A DNA stretch of 64,000 nucleotides from Balanoglossus misakiensis (taxonomy: Eukaryota; Animalia; Hemichordata), in NCBI GenBank assembly GCA_040954595.2, contig CM082596.2, positions 7,142,791 through 7,206,790 of the forward strand, read 5' to 3'. Both the position numbers and the translations under genes were made by a program. Positions 11,301 to 23,446 of the stretch are shown here, one piece after another; position 1 is the first letter of the stretch; each line of letters starts with the position of its first letter. The notes under the pieces were generated by a model. That model was not told the DNA's origin, did no database searches, and saw only the letters and a program-made list of their open reading frames with translations.

Positions 11301-13486
11301 AACCTCCCAGAAGGTTCCAAGTTTCTATTCTATTGAACATTGCCTAAGCCAGTTACAACATGGGCTTCAGTTGCATTATACACTCACACTGATGTATCAG
11401 TCTGCATCTTTTGACAAATATTCTAAAGGGGATAAAATTAACGAATATATACTTATTCTCAGGTAAAGTCATTTATGACTTTTTCACCGGACATGAGCTA
11501 CATCCCAGATTATTCCAAACATTCGACTTCAAGATGTATGTGTATAGAGTCGGAATTATATCAATGGTGAGTTTTGACTTTCTCTGATTACACACACCCA
11601 AAAATGCACAAGACGGCAAGCAACATCAGCCTTGGATTTGTGATTTGGAAAAGTTGAATGTACTTATTTCTTTCTGCAGAACAGTTTACGAGTTTGTCTG
11701 TTGTTGAATTTATTTGTATACTTCATGTTTTGTGTGTAGGTATTGATGACCTTGTTGAATGTGGGTAAGATGTGTACAGATAACGACAAGCCTTCGACCG
11801 CCATTTTATTGGCTGCCGGACTGCAGTGTTGGTACGGGTTGGACTCGCTGTGGCATGAGGTGAGTTTTCTGCCCCTTTAAATGCCAAGAATGGATTTTGT
11901 TTAGTTAATCATTTCTGTACTTAAAATACAGTAGTTGTATGGCAATGGGAGGGCTCTCCAAAATGTAATTTAAAGGCCCGGTATTTGATTATCAATTTAC
12001 TGCGACTGCTGTCTCTTCGCCAAACTCTGCTATCCATGTTGTTTCACAGCCTACTTGTTTGTGAATATCAATGCAGCACAATCTATCTGTTTCTTCCCAA
12101 TGGCAGGACCGCGTTGTGTACACGTCATTTTTCCAAGAGTTTGGGTGCGGATTCTATCTGGCCTTCCGTTGTTTCACCATGTTGCCATTCGGATTGACAT
12201 ACGCCACACGCTTTCTGGTCAACTACTCTCCGGAATTGTCAAATTGGACAATCGCTGCTATTCTGGCCACCCAGTGTAAGTATTGATAGTTATCGCAAAA
12301 ATCTTTTTAATCAATCAATCAACCGTCTTAATTTCATATGCTTTGATAAAATCCTGGCATTTGAAAGCATTCCTGGAAAATTGATTTACAATTGTAAAAT
12401 TAGCTGCCATGAAATGCCAATGGAAATAAAATGTTTGACCTGACAAATTTTGAATTTACATGTAAACCGCAGCTACCCAACAGCTTATGTTCAGAAAGGA
12501 CTTATTTCAAATTCATGAAAAACTTATCTCTCTTTTTATCTCACTCACTCTCTCTCTCTTTCTCTGTAGTGATTGCTGCTTGTGTTTATCGTTTATCAAA
12601 CTCGCAGAAATGGGAATTCCGACTAAACCCTTACAACCCTAAACTAGCTCGTAAGTACACTTGAAACGTTGTGCAATGTTTATATGTCTGCTTTTAACCG
12701 TCGTCATGGTGAGTGTTGCCAAGCAACCGTCTCGTAGTCTCATCATGATCAGGCCTTTTCTTTTCCATGCAATTACATCACCAAACCAATGTGCATAGTA
12801 CCTCAGAGAATGAGCTTGGTAATATCGTGTGACAACCATCAAGGGATCGTTCAGAATACATGAAGACTGCCCTATTTTGGCCAACAGGACCAGACATGAT
12901 GCAGCAACCAAGAACAAAGTCCATTCTCACATTCAAAAACTTGCACTTCCATTTCCAGATCTGCAGAGTATCGCTACCAGTGCCGAGACCCGCCTGTTGG
13001 TGTCTGGTTGGTGGGGTTGGGTTCGGCATCCAAACTACCTCGGCGATATCCTGCTGAGCGTGGCATGGTCCATGCCCTGTGGTAAGGATTCAGTCTGTCT
13101 TTTTCCGAAGAAAAAAAGTCGCTTTTTTTGCTCCTGGTTACAGATTTTTCCCACGTATAAGCGAAGTTCTACATACATTGTTCAAAAGAAAAAAAAAATG
13201 TTTCTTCATTTACCTTTTGAACAGTAGTCTAAATAGACGATTAGCTGGGCTAGAGTGATTGCAAGTCGTTCTTCCAGTATAATAATTTGGCACATAACAA
13301 TACCATTTTGACAATTTGTTTTCAGGATGTTCACATTTCCTACCATGGCTCTTGACTATTCTCGGAGTGTTCAACGTCATAGTACGGGAACGACGCGATT
13401 TCAACAAGTGCATGAAGAAATATGGTGCCGCGTGGGCAAGGTACTGCCAACAAGTGAAGTACCGACTTATACCATATGTGTATTAA
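8372..13486 (+). CDS. LBR: Lamin B receptor (Tudor domain + RS region + ERG4/ERG24 sterol-reductase-like TM domain), ~571 aa, 12 coding exons
   Basis: Coding exons: 8372-8530, 8963-9178, 9689-9827, 10286-10479, 10754-10808, 10984-11178, 11463-11566, 11740-11859, 12107-12275, 12570-12650, 12959-13081, 13326-13486. GT-AG introns, phases consistent; total 1716 nt. N-terminal Tudor ([19 protein letters not shown]...VKFEDG), RS repeat ([17 protein letters not shown]), [22 protein letters not shown] and [25 protein letters not shown]. Confidence 0.93.
9250..9343. mobile_element. ~90-bp piggyBac-like mini-MITE (family C) copy 1
   Basis: TTAA|CCCATTCA ... TGAAAGGG|TTAA; internal GTCCAAATCCATTGTTTTC shared with 16273-16365. 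Confidence 0.75.
9944..9967 (+). repeat. Poly-G tract (24 nt) in LBR intron 3
   Basis: Directly visible. Confidence 0.9.
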
Positions 13487-15114
13487 ATCATACAAGTGTC
13501 TCACTTATATTTTTATTTTATATAATTATTATTATTATTTTATGAGGACTATTCAACTGAGTGTATGATTATACCAAAGAGTGTTGTGTCAATCTGTTCA
13601 GCTATTTGGGGGTACGTTTCATCATCAACAGATAATTATAAGTATGTAAATGTGAAATAATGGTGTGCTCTCCTCAGATGGTCGTGGCATCATTTTGCCA
13701 CACCCTGGGGCACTATTCCCCCCCCCCCCCCAAACCAGATGGTTGTAATCATTTCCATAAGGCATGTAAAACCTGAGAAAGTATCATTCCATTGTCTTAG
13801 GCCAATAAATATAAGGCCCCATGTTCTTTCAGGGGTACTAAAACTGAAACAATGCCGATTTTTAGAAAATGTCTTTCGACGAGAGAGCGATGTTTTCCCC
13901 ATGACTTGCAATAATCCATGGCTGAGGATAAAGTGAAAGAGATATTTTAGGATAGTTTCCAGTGGTAGAAGTGTCCATGCAACGGATGAAAAGGCTCTCT
14001 TTTGGCAACATTTCGGATATTGTTCTCTGTGAGAAGTCACTGCACAAATACTACTGTAGCTCTTTTCTCTCGCATCTGAGTTGAAAGTGTATAAATTGAC
14101 AGGTCAGGACAATTACTGAAACCGTTGCCACAAATAACACTGTTTTAAAAGTCAGCAACTTCGCCCCTTTAAAAGCATGCATGTAAATAGCAAGGTGAGT
14201 GATGTAATATGGCCTCTAATAAACAATATTTCAAGGTCCCCTCTGCCCTATACTAACCTAGCACCTGGGTCTGCTGATTTCTAAAGCTACCCTCGGCCTG
14301 ACATGCAAACGATAGAGATAGATTCCTCTCTCAAATCGAGGCGCAAGATTGGTCATGTTGTCTTAAAAGTTCATTTAATACTTGTAAATCAGTTTCTGCA
14401 AAATCCTTCATATGAATTGTTAATTTTCTCTTTCTATGAGACGTCCTCAGGAATTCAACTTGTACATAGTTATTATATTATGCTGCCTGAAATGTAACTA
14501 ATCAATTTTTACCAAGTATTAGAATCGATGTGACCGGTAATTTTTACTGAAAAACACCTTGAGTTGTAATTTTTGTCGGCGTTTGTTGGTTTTTAGTGTC
14601 ATATAGCAGGAAGACAATTGTGTCTTCAGAATATTTTTTTTATCTGTTTAGATTTTGCATATAAAGTGACTTAAATGATTTTGAAATACAGGGACTTTTA
14701 TAATTTTGTTTTTTTTGTATGTGTGCTTGAACTCAGACAATCATCAGGGCTGAAGAAACAGTACATAGTTTTATTGATGATGATATTTTAACAATTTTCA
14801 GATTTTTTGTGATCTTTTATTCCATGACAGTTTCTGCTGTTTGAGTTTGTAAGCTATTCCCTTTTAAAGAGTATGTTACAAATAATTGTTTCATTTTGAC
14901 AGATGTATTGCAAATATTATACTTGTATAATTTTTTTTTTTAAAGTTGAGATTGTTCCTATTGAACGTTGGCCAACATTTTGACAGAGTACAGTCTGTGA
15001 AACAAAAATTTTAAAATAATGTGCCAGCAATTCAAGTGATAAAATTGAAAAATGCACACTTTGGTAGTATTTAGATGTGAACACACTATTAGAGCTATGC
15101 AGTCAACTACACAC

Positions 15115-15222
15115 ATTTAGCCATATTTCCAGCCAATCACAGGTTTTCACTTGGGTGGCCACATGAAAAACGGGTGCCACCTTGTAGCCTTGTATGTAAA
15201 TTAGGTGATTGTGTTCTTTTAA
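15115..15222. mobile_element. Degenerate family-B-related MITE fragment
   Basis: ATTTAGCCA...AGCCAATCACAGGTTTTCACTTGGGTGGC...TATGTAAATTAGGTGATTGTG..CTTTTAA resembles 57587-57755. Related TIR ends also occur at ~4260 and 9340. Confidence 0.55.
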
Positions 15223-16272
15223 AATGACTTTTGAACAAGGAATTTGTAATTCTAGGACCAGAAATTCATTCATTCATTCCATGAACTTCTGTGAAGTTTC
15301 ACACGTCTCACTGCCTGGTGTGCCTTTCAGAAAAGTTTGAAAATTTCGAAAACATTCTCTGTCATTTTAAGCAGTCAGGAAACATTATGTACATTGCTGT
15401 GATTTTATAATACTGTATTGTCATGTTTTTTGCTGTATTCGTTTATTTTGTATTATGATACTGTATCATATCATTCCTTGGTATTGTACAATGATACTGT
15501 ATTGTAATGTATTTTACTGTATTCCTAGGTGTTGTATAGCATTGTAGAGTAAATATTTCTTATAAAAAAAAACTCAGTGTGGCGCCATCCTCAATGATAT
15601 CACAGATAACTTTCACCTCAGAGGGCGCTCTTATGAATGCTGCCCTGACCCAACCGTAATTAGCCCTCTACGAGCTGACAGGTTACCACCTCACATATGC
15701 TGCAAAATATTCAGGTGGCTATCTGTATTATTGAACGGTACAGACGTCTCTGTATCAGACTATTTCCTTTTTAATGGACTTAAGCTTGCAGTGGTACAAA
15801 AGCACCAATTTGATGTTTAACAACTGAACCCATGATACTGTCCCTGGTCTTGTTCTGCAACTCAATTTTGTTAGAAGAGCCTATCATTTCCCCCTCGAAG
15901 CATCTTTTAGCATTCTGCTGTGTTATATGATGGTGTGATTGCCAGTGATAGCTTCACTGCAAAAGAGGGAGATCTTTTCTGTTGAAAAAATCACCCTGGT
16001 TACAGTGATTTTGGGATCTTCATTTCTAGTACATTTGCGTCAGACTGGTGTGTTTGGGAGCCAATGGCATGTGTGCTGTTACACAGCAAGAAAACCATAT
16101 GCACAGGACAAGGGCATTTTTAAGGACATGACTGTAACTGAGTCTGATCAGTACCTGCAACAGGTGCTGAGAAATTTCATATTTGTGGTACAGTGGCTGG
16201 AAAGTTGGGCCGAATTCAAAGTTGTACATTTTGATGGCCTGAATCAGCAGGGATGTAGTTGGAGGCTAGTAT

Positions 16273-16365
16273 TTAACCCCTTCACCACCATGGTTCAGTC
16301 CAAATCCATTGTTTTCAATGGTAAGGTTTGACCTCTAACGAGGGAACTGGGGGTGAAAGGGTTAC
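16273..16365. mobile_element. ~90-bp piggyBac-like mini-MITE (family C) copy 2
   Basis: TTAA|CCCCTTCACC ... GGTGAAAGGG|TTAC; similar to the 9250 and 20088 copies. Confidence 0.75.
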
Positions 16366-17111
16366 ACAACACACAGCCCTGGCTATGCAGAACTACTACA
16401 CAACACGACTTTGTAAGTGAACTTTTCGTACTCCTGTTAACAGTAGCCAAAGTTTTTATTTCTAGTCGAACTCTAGATCAGAATCAGCAGACATGTTCCA
16501 GTGGTGATTTTTACAACAAATCAGTCACATTTTAACTCGCACTCAAAGTTGGGATAACTTCCTCGCATTTTATTTTGGGTAAACCCAGCTTTCCTGATCA
16601 TAAACTGAGGAATATTCTTGTACCGGCAAAACCACCGAACAATTCTACTTAAAACATGACTGGGAATGATAAAATTGTATTACATGTATATGTATCTCGG
16701 TTTTCACCATCTCTTTAGCTATGGAACATATCATATGTCAGTACATTTATCAATTGGATGTCCACTACAAAAGCCATTTCGGTATCTAATTACTTGCAGC
16801 AAAATCTTATCGTCACATTGATATAATTCAATATCAAATTCAGAAATTCTCATCAAATATAACTGAAAAAAACTAGCCTACAGTTATCTAAACAGACGAC
16901 AGTTCTCTTCCATGGATCTCTCCTGCTGCTACAATCTCTACACTATTAATTTGAAGGATATTAGAAATTAGAAGTCCAGGTTCATGATGAACGTGTGTAG
17001 CAATTCAAAGTCCAGGTTCACGATGCGATGAACAGGTACTAGCCCCAAGCTTCTGTTTACAGTTGACCTTACAAAATAATATGATACAGTATTATCTATA
17101 CACACTGTCAT

Positions 17112-17627
17112 CTATTCCAAATCAGGCAACTGTTCATCATCACTGTCCGGTTTCTCATCTTCCTCCGGTGGTGCTATGTCATCCATATCTGGCAGGCCAT
17201 CGCCTCCGAAACCGCTTCCCATTTGCGCCATCATGTCTTCCAGGTTCCTGTCGCCTCCTTCGTCGTCGGAATCGTCTTCATCCCGCCACTTCTGGAAATC
17301 TGTTTTTAACCAGTGGTTCTTTCCTTTTACCTTGAGTAACCTGTCCCAGTACGGACCCGCTTCCTTTTTCCTGATGACGAACTCGATATTTCTGGGCCTG
17401 ACAAAGTACCTAGATTCTTTAACATTAACTTCTTTGAAGAACTCTATATCCGTGAAGTATTCTTTACCTTCCTGGCCACCTCGCCCTCTCACGGACAGCT
17501 TTTGTTCATCGAGTTTGATGTCTGGCTTTTGCATATCTTGCATATCAATGGTGAGGTACACAACATCGTTGCGTTGCGCCCATAATACAGGAGGATGCAC
17601 TCTTACCAACTGTCCTTCGCCTGCCAT
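17112..17627 (-). CDS. PTGES3: Hsp90 co-chaperone p23 / cytosolic prostaglandin E synthase 3, 171 aa, single coding exon
   Basis: Uninterrupted ORF from ATG at 17627 (context AATCATGG). CS-domain start HPPVLWAQRNDVVYLTI, signature PYWDRLLK..K.HWLKTDFQKWRDEDD and acidic tail ending DSDDEQLPDLE. Confidence 0.94.
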   Translation of the reverse strand: MAGEGQLVRVHPPVLWAQRNDVVYLTIDMQDMQKPDIKLDEQKLSVRGRGGQEGKEYFTDIEFFKEVNVKESRYFVRPRNIEFVIRKKEAGPYWDRLLKVKGKNHWLKTDFQKWRDEDDSDDEGGDRNLEDMMAQMGSGFGGDGLPDMDDIAPPEEDEKPDSDDEQLPDLE

Positions 17628-19298
17628 GATTTCAAGTTTCCCCACGTGAATATCTTCTCGAATGTGCTATACGGGAAGTCTCGTTTCAAACGAGATTTGT
17701 CGTGACCGGCATAAATGGCACAGAGAAGAGTCCTTTGATCGCATGATATGATAAACAACTTCTTTCCTCTTCCGATTATTCACACGGAAAGATATTTTGA
17801 AAAATCTGGTGACAACCGAACGCGGTTTAGCAAAGTGAAAACGTTCGTACCGAGGAAAGGGTCAAAAGGCCACGTGACACTTGCGTGACCTTTATACATG
17901 TGGGTTTCTGTCGTTTTTGTTCGAATGTTCGGGTATTACAACGTATATCATTCAAATTTCACACTTTTCTACGTCAAACGTTTGTCCTAGGATGAGTTAT
18001 AGTGCACAAATTCATAGTATGATTGACTGTTTAGACTCATTCAAATCAAAACGGTAAACTCATACCATCAAAATGCCAGGATGTAAGCTCGGGAAAGCCT
18101 GGCCCGATATACGCCCTCTACCGATAAATGTGTGTGATAACCTCGTACAGTTTGGATGGGAGTGGATTCGTGAATATGTGGAAAGTTTCTGTTCAAAATA
18201 TATTGGCTTTGCTGAATAGAAGCACGCACTGGCTTCACCATTTGATGAATAAAATCGAATTCTTGCAAGAAAAATACAACACCACCACCCAACGAAAAAG
18301 TTAGAACTACTTCAGTTAGACCAGTCAGTCCCCCCTGTTCGGATCGTCAGTTGACGGGAGGGGGCTCACCGCAGAAGATTTCCAACGATGGGGTGTGGAT
18401 CGCCCTCTTGTGATAATAAGATTGTCAAGTTCTTTTTCTCTTTTTATACGCACTAGTCTGGATCGACTCGAAATCCTAATGATTTTGTCAAGTCATCAAG
18501 TTATCGCTATGACAACAGTTTCCATTCCTTTTCTCTGACACAAAGATTTATATTTGAACAACTAGAAAGATTTGAAACGTACATGGTACTTCACCCCATC
18601 CGAATACATGTAGTAGAAATTCTGATTTTCGCACGGTTGATTGCCTGTTGTTGTTGTTTTTTTCAAGTAGTGCCGGAGCTCCCTATATGATTTACGACGG
18701 TATCGTTCACACCACCAAATGGATTTGGTTGTGTCTTTTCCACATTTCCCCAGTTTCCAAATACTTTCTGAACGTCCGATAGAGAGAGCTATGACTGAAC
18801 TGTAAAAGCAATCTTTGGCCTCAAAAGCGATTGTAGCCTAATAAAGGTTTGCGCTTACTCCTCTTTACTCTGCATTGAAACCAGACTGGACGGTCAAAGA
18901 ATGTTATTTCTGTTTTTTGTTCGTTTTACTTATGAGGGAACACTAGACAACTACTGTTAGCAACCCCCTAATATTTGTTTCCAGATTTGAGCACGGTTTT
19001 CAATGTCGCGAATCCGAAACAGATTCCAGGGCTGTCTCTAACCGCAAAGTCACAAGAAGCAGACGGTAAACTTTTCCCGGCAGGTTATCGTATAAAACTA
19101 CATGAACGACCGTTTTATTGAGATAATGTCTATGACCAGGAGTAAGCGGTGTGTTACTGCTGAATGTGGGGGCTGTTAATTTGTTTTGTAGAAACCCACA
19201 TGCTTAAGAAGTGGTCAAACCATGATGGTGACCGTCGTTAGTTCAGCCAAGTTCTCTATCATAAACTTTCATTGATTCAGCCACTTTTCCGATTCGTC
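17628..19298. promoter_or_regulatory. Divergent intergenic/promoter region of p23 and XRCC3
   Basis: Head-to-head genes ~1.7 kb apart; more CpG than flanking gene bodies; CACGTG E-box at ~17870. Confidence 0.45.
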
Positions 19299-22200
19299 AT
19301 GGACATACGGACACTCGAACTTCACCCGAGAATTTTAGACGCAGTCACGAAAGGTATTGAACACTTCTTTTCTTCAGTACAACACATTTGTACACTGCAG
19401 ATAGCTATGTATATAATACTCATTATACTTTATAGACCACTTGTGCTCAGTTGACCTCTGACCTGAAAGGTCACATAAAATACCATGGCCATATTCATGG
19501 AATACTGGGACAAACTGGCCCCATGATTCCCTTTATTACATATACATGTACTTTGTTGCTTTCAATTTCATGGCTATTTATGAAACTTTACATGAATTCA
19601 TCTGCAGAGAGTTAGACATTTTCTGATAAAAGTCACCACCAGTAGATAAGTGAATTTCACATAGTTCAGAGTTCTCAGTTCTGAGTCTGCAAGAATCAAA
19701 AGGATAGATTCTGATCTTGCCTCATAATTGAATTTTCACACCAACTGTTTCTTTCACAGCCAAACTGTGTTCCATTGATAAAATCCTCAGTCTTTCCGAA
19801 GCTGACCTCCAGCGCCAGACAAAATTGTCTCCAAACGATATTCGTCATCTTCAGAGAGAGGCTGGTAATCATGTGTTGCAAATACCCATGACCACAGGTA
19901 AGCAACTTCTTTAAAAAATCCAAATCAGATACAGAAACAAAGTATTTTTAAAACTTCATACTTGTATTTCATTTCTGTAAAGGCGTATACAACCTAAATT
20001 ACTCATACAGCAATATTTAGAGTAGAGGATTTTGTGCTGAATAAGTGTGAGTTGTACGGTGCGAAACAAGAGCATTCTTCAAGTTTAGTAACCCTTTCAC
20101 CCCCAGTTCCCTCTATTGAGGTCCAGCCTTACCTTAGAGAACAATAGGTTTGGACTGTACCATGGTGGTGAAAGGGTTAAAAGGCCAATATGATATTCAA
20201 AAGGTTTTAGTAAAGCAGTAATTTCATAGGGCGTATAATTTGATGGTGAGACTTCAGTTAACCCTCTGTTTCATTTTTAATTTCTTTCATACAGCCCTCG
20301 ATATGCACGAAGGAACCTGCCCCAGTGCCCTGAAAGTGGACAGGTTGACCACTGGCTGCCGAGTCCTGGACGAGTTTCTGCGCGGCGGCATCAGGTCCCG
20401 GGGAATCACGGAGATCGCGGGCGAGAGTGCAGCCGGCAAGACGCAGCTGTGCATGCAGCTCTGCTTGACGGCGCAGTTGCCGCGTCACCTGAACGGTCTG
20501 GGGGCAGGTAATAATCAGATTGTGGTTGATTTTTATTGGACGGGGCGCAATCGCTCCGCTAAACGTTGATATTTCCGTTCAGCGTGGCATTCGACTGTGC
20601 CCTCTGAACCCTAGTGATGGATGAAATCAGGCAGGAATCTACTCCAGAACAGGTTGCCAGGTGTATTCTTGTACACTCATTCTTTTTCTGAATTTCTGTC
20701 AAACATATGGAAAAAAGAACATTGTACACAGTCTCACCAGTGAATCCCTCTCTTCATGGAGTTTCTGCTCTGCACACATACTCTGGGCTAGGAAGAAATT
20801 CCACAGCGTGTTTCTTGTTAGGTATCAGATTCATATACAGTATAGCTGTACCTGTAGAATGCATGATTCAAATTCCAAAACCGCTCAGTGTGTAATTATG
20901 TGACTTCAAAATCCAAGGATGTAATTTTTGAAGGGCCATGAACAAATGTGACCATTTGACATTCAGGTGATAGAGTTGAGTGTACCATAACAGTGATATG
21001 TCTCATTGATTGTCTCATAGGTGCTGTGTACGTTTGCACAGAAGATGTCTTTCCAAACAAGAGACTGCATCAGATGATTGAGAATTTCCAGAAGAAGCTG
21101 GATGCTAGTTTAAGCAAGCAGCTCAGCCTGGGTGATCACATTTTCATAGAACACGCCTCTGATCAGGTACCACACTCCAGAAGTTTAATACTCAACTTCA
21201 TTTTTCGCAAGCCCAGCATCTGCATCACAAGATTCTGATTTCCAAGTGTCATTACTTTGTGCAGTGATGGTGTTGTTGTACAGCAATTTCTTCTTTGGCT
21301 GAGCATCATATATATACCTTATTTTTCACCAGGAAAGTTTATGGCAGTGCGTGTCCAAAAGGATCCCCGTCCTGCTGAGGAGAAACCTTGTCAAACTGGT
21401 GGTGGTCGATTCTTTAGCCGCGCTATTCCGATGCGAGTATGAGCTCGGCGAGGCTGTCAAGAGAGCCCATCATCTCAGGTTGTTTGGATCGGAACTTCAC
21501 AAACTCAGCCAGCAGTACAACATTCCAGTGATCTGTGTCAATCAGGTAGGTTGAGACCTGTACGTTGGCTTTGTGCGTTTGTGTGTGTTTCCCCCATATA
21601 CCTCTGTTCCCTGTTTTACCCTTTGACCCCTGTTTGGGAGATAGAAGGTAGATCTCCCCCCCCCCCCCCCACCATAGTACTAGTACTGTATGAAAATTTA
21701 TTGGAGGAAGGGGTATAATCATATGGTAATACACAAAATATGCTCATGTATAAACTCGGGGCTCCGTACATGTGGCCTTCCCTCCAGTACACTGTACATG
21801 TGTCATTTTTGAATATGCATATAGAATTTTCTGGTAATTCTGAAGTTGCAGAAATCAATTTGATGCAGAGAATCAAAGTCAGCTATTAACTGCAGCTTCA
21901 GTTAGGGATTTTTACGGTACTGGGCGACTCGTTTCATCAGGAAATAGATTCTGTCGTGTGTGGCAATTTCTGGTCAAGAGCAGAGAGTGTGCTAATATTG
22001 AGCACAATAGAGTGAATCTTTCCCCACTGTGAAAAGTCAGGAGGGGTAAAGTGAGTGTAGTTAGTTCTTTTTCGAGTCAATATTGCATTTTCCACTCCTT
22101 TTATTGTGACAAGCGTGTTCAAAAACCATCCTGGCTTAGTCAGAAGTGTGGTGTCACGCGCGCTTCAGATGCCGAGCTATTGACGACTGCCAGGAGATAA

Positions 22201-23403
22201 TTTCATCAGAATTAGCCGCGCCGCTTGCTCTCAAGACGAGTCTTGAACATTTTACGTGCTAAAGTTTTCTGACAAGTCCTTTCAAGCAGCGCAGAAGTTG
22301 CAATACTCTCCAATCACATAAAAGTCTCTAATTTAGCCAATAAATGGAGTGGCACCCCAAATTAGCATTATGAAGAGACTTTCTATCTCTCCTCTACCTC
22401 CTCATACTCTTGTCCTTTTTGTGCGATTTCCACGAAAAGCCAACTTCATAAAAAAAGCTGTAATTATCCCATTTTTGTTGACAGCACATGGCGTTTTAGG
22501 GAGCATTGTGATAGTTTCATGATCATCAGATGCACGGCATTGGCAATTGTCCTCTAGCTGCGCTTTGCAATTTATAAAATAAAAATCAACTTCGCTTTCA
22601 ATTGTATGGTCATCAGTTGGAACATATCAAATTCAGTATGATCTGTAAGATTCTGATCCAAAGCATTTTGAAAGAAACCCTGGCTGTGTGTTTGATGTGT
22701 GGGCCATACAATCATAACACCATGCAACTGTGTTGACAGCACCGTTTACTGTCAGAGGTTACTAGAGGGTCTGTTTTCTGCCCCCTCAGCCCCCCCCCCC
22801 CCACCACACACACACCGATTCCATAAAGAGAGTGCACTTCAAAAATCTTGTGCAAAAAATAAGGCCAGCATTTTGGTATCATTGTGGTATACGAAAGACG
22901 CGAAAAAACCTGGATGGACCACTATCAACAATAGGCCAGGATTGTTTAGCAGAGGTAAGACTCTCAGAGATTTTTGGTATGAATGAGGAAAAAAAGTCTT
23001 GTGACTTTGTTTACTTTTGGTCAAACTTGCCTCGTCTTGTCATGAAATTTTTGAAGAGCACCCTCATTAGGAAATCAGTGTATTCCTGAACCAACATCGA
23101 TTTTCCGAACTTTCTTTCTTCTCATGATCTCGACAGGTGAGCGCTAACATGCGAGACGACGGCGAATACAGCCGATACAGCTCCATTCCAGCTCTGGGAC
23201 TCACATGGTCTAATTTAGTGACGTGCAGACTATTGCTGTCCAGGACCAACATGGTGATAGACAGTACGGATAGTGTCAGTGGGGCGAAGTGCAGCGCCGT
23301 CGTCCGGACTATGCAAGCCATGTTTGCCCCGTACTTGCCCAAAGACAGTTGCTACTACGTCATAGATGGTGACGGAGTGAGGGGACTGAGGGAATGTTCC
23401 TAA
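19299..23403 (+). CDS. XRCC3: DNA repair protein XRCC3 (RAD51 paralog), ~343 aa, 6 coding exons
   Basis: Coding exons: 19299-19353, 19760-19897, 20295-20507, 21021-21166, 21333-21545, 23137-23403; total 1032 nt, phases consistent. N-terminus MDIRTLELHPRILDAV, Walker A GESAAGKT, GAVYVCTEDVFPNKRL, Walker B LVVVDSLAALFRCEY, VICVNQV, PALGLTWSNLV and FAPYLP. Confidence 0.93.
20088..20180. mobile_element. ~90-bp piggyBac-like mini-MITE (family C) copy 3, inverted
   Basis: GTAA|CCCTTTCACCCCCAGTTCCCTC ... CCATGGTGGTGAAAGGG|TTAA; reverse complement of the 16273 copy. Confidence 0.75.
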
Positions 23404-23446
23404 CACGCAAACTGCTTTGATGTGTTAGTATTTTGGGTACCATGTG

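Noticed and set aside
17176-17649. 157-aa plus-strand ORF overlapping p23
   Set aside because: Antisense shadow of the p23 coding sequence.
17915-17935. Possible heat-shock element upstream of p23 (GAATGTTC)
   Set aside because: Only two correctly spaced nGAAn units; expected by chance.
22822-23070. Degenerate inverted repeat (GAGTGCACTTCAAAAAT / ATTTTTGAAGAGCACCCTC) in XRCC3 intron 5
   Set aside because: Probably an old MITE, but the ends and TSD cannot be defined well enough to call.
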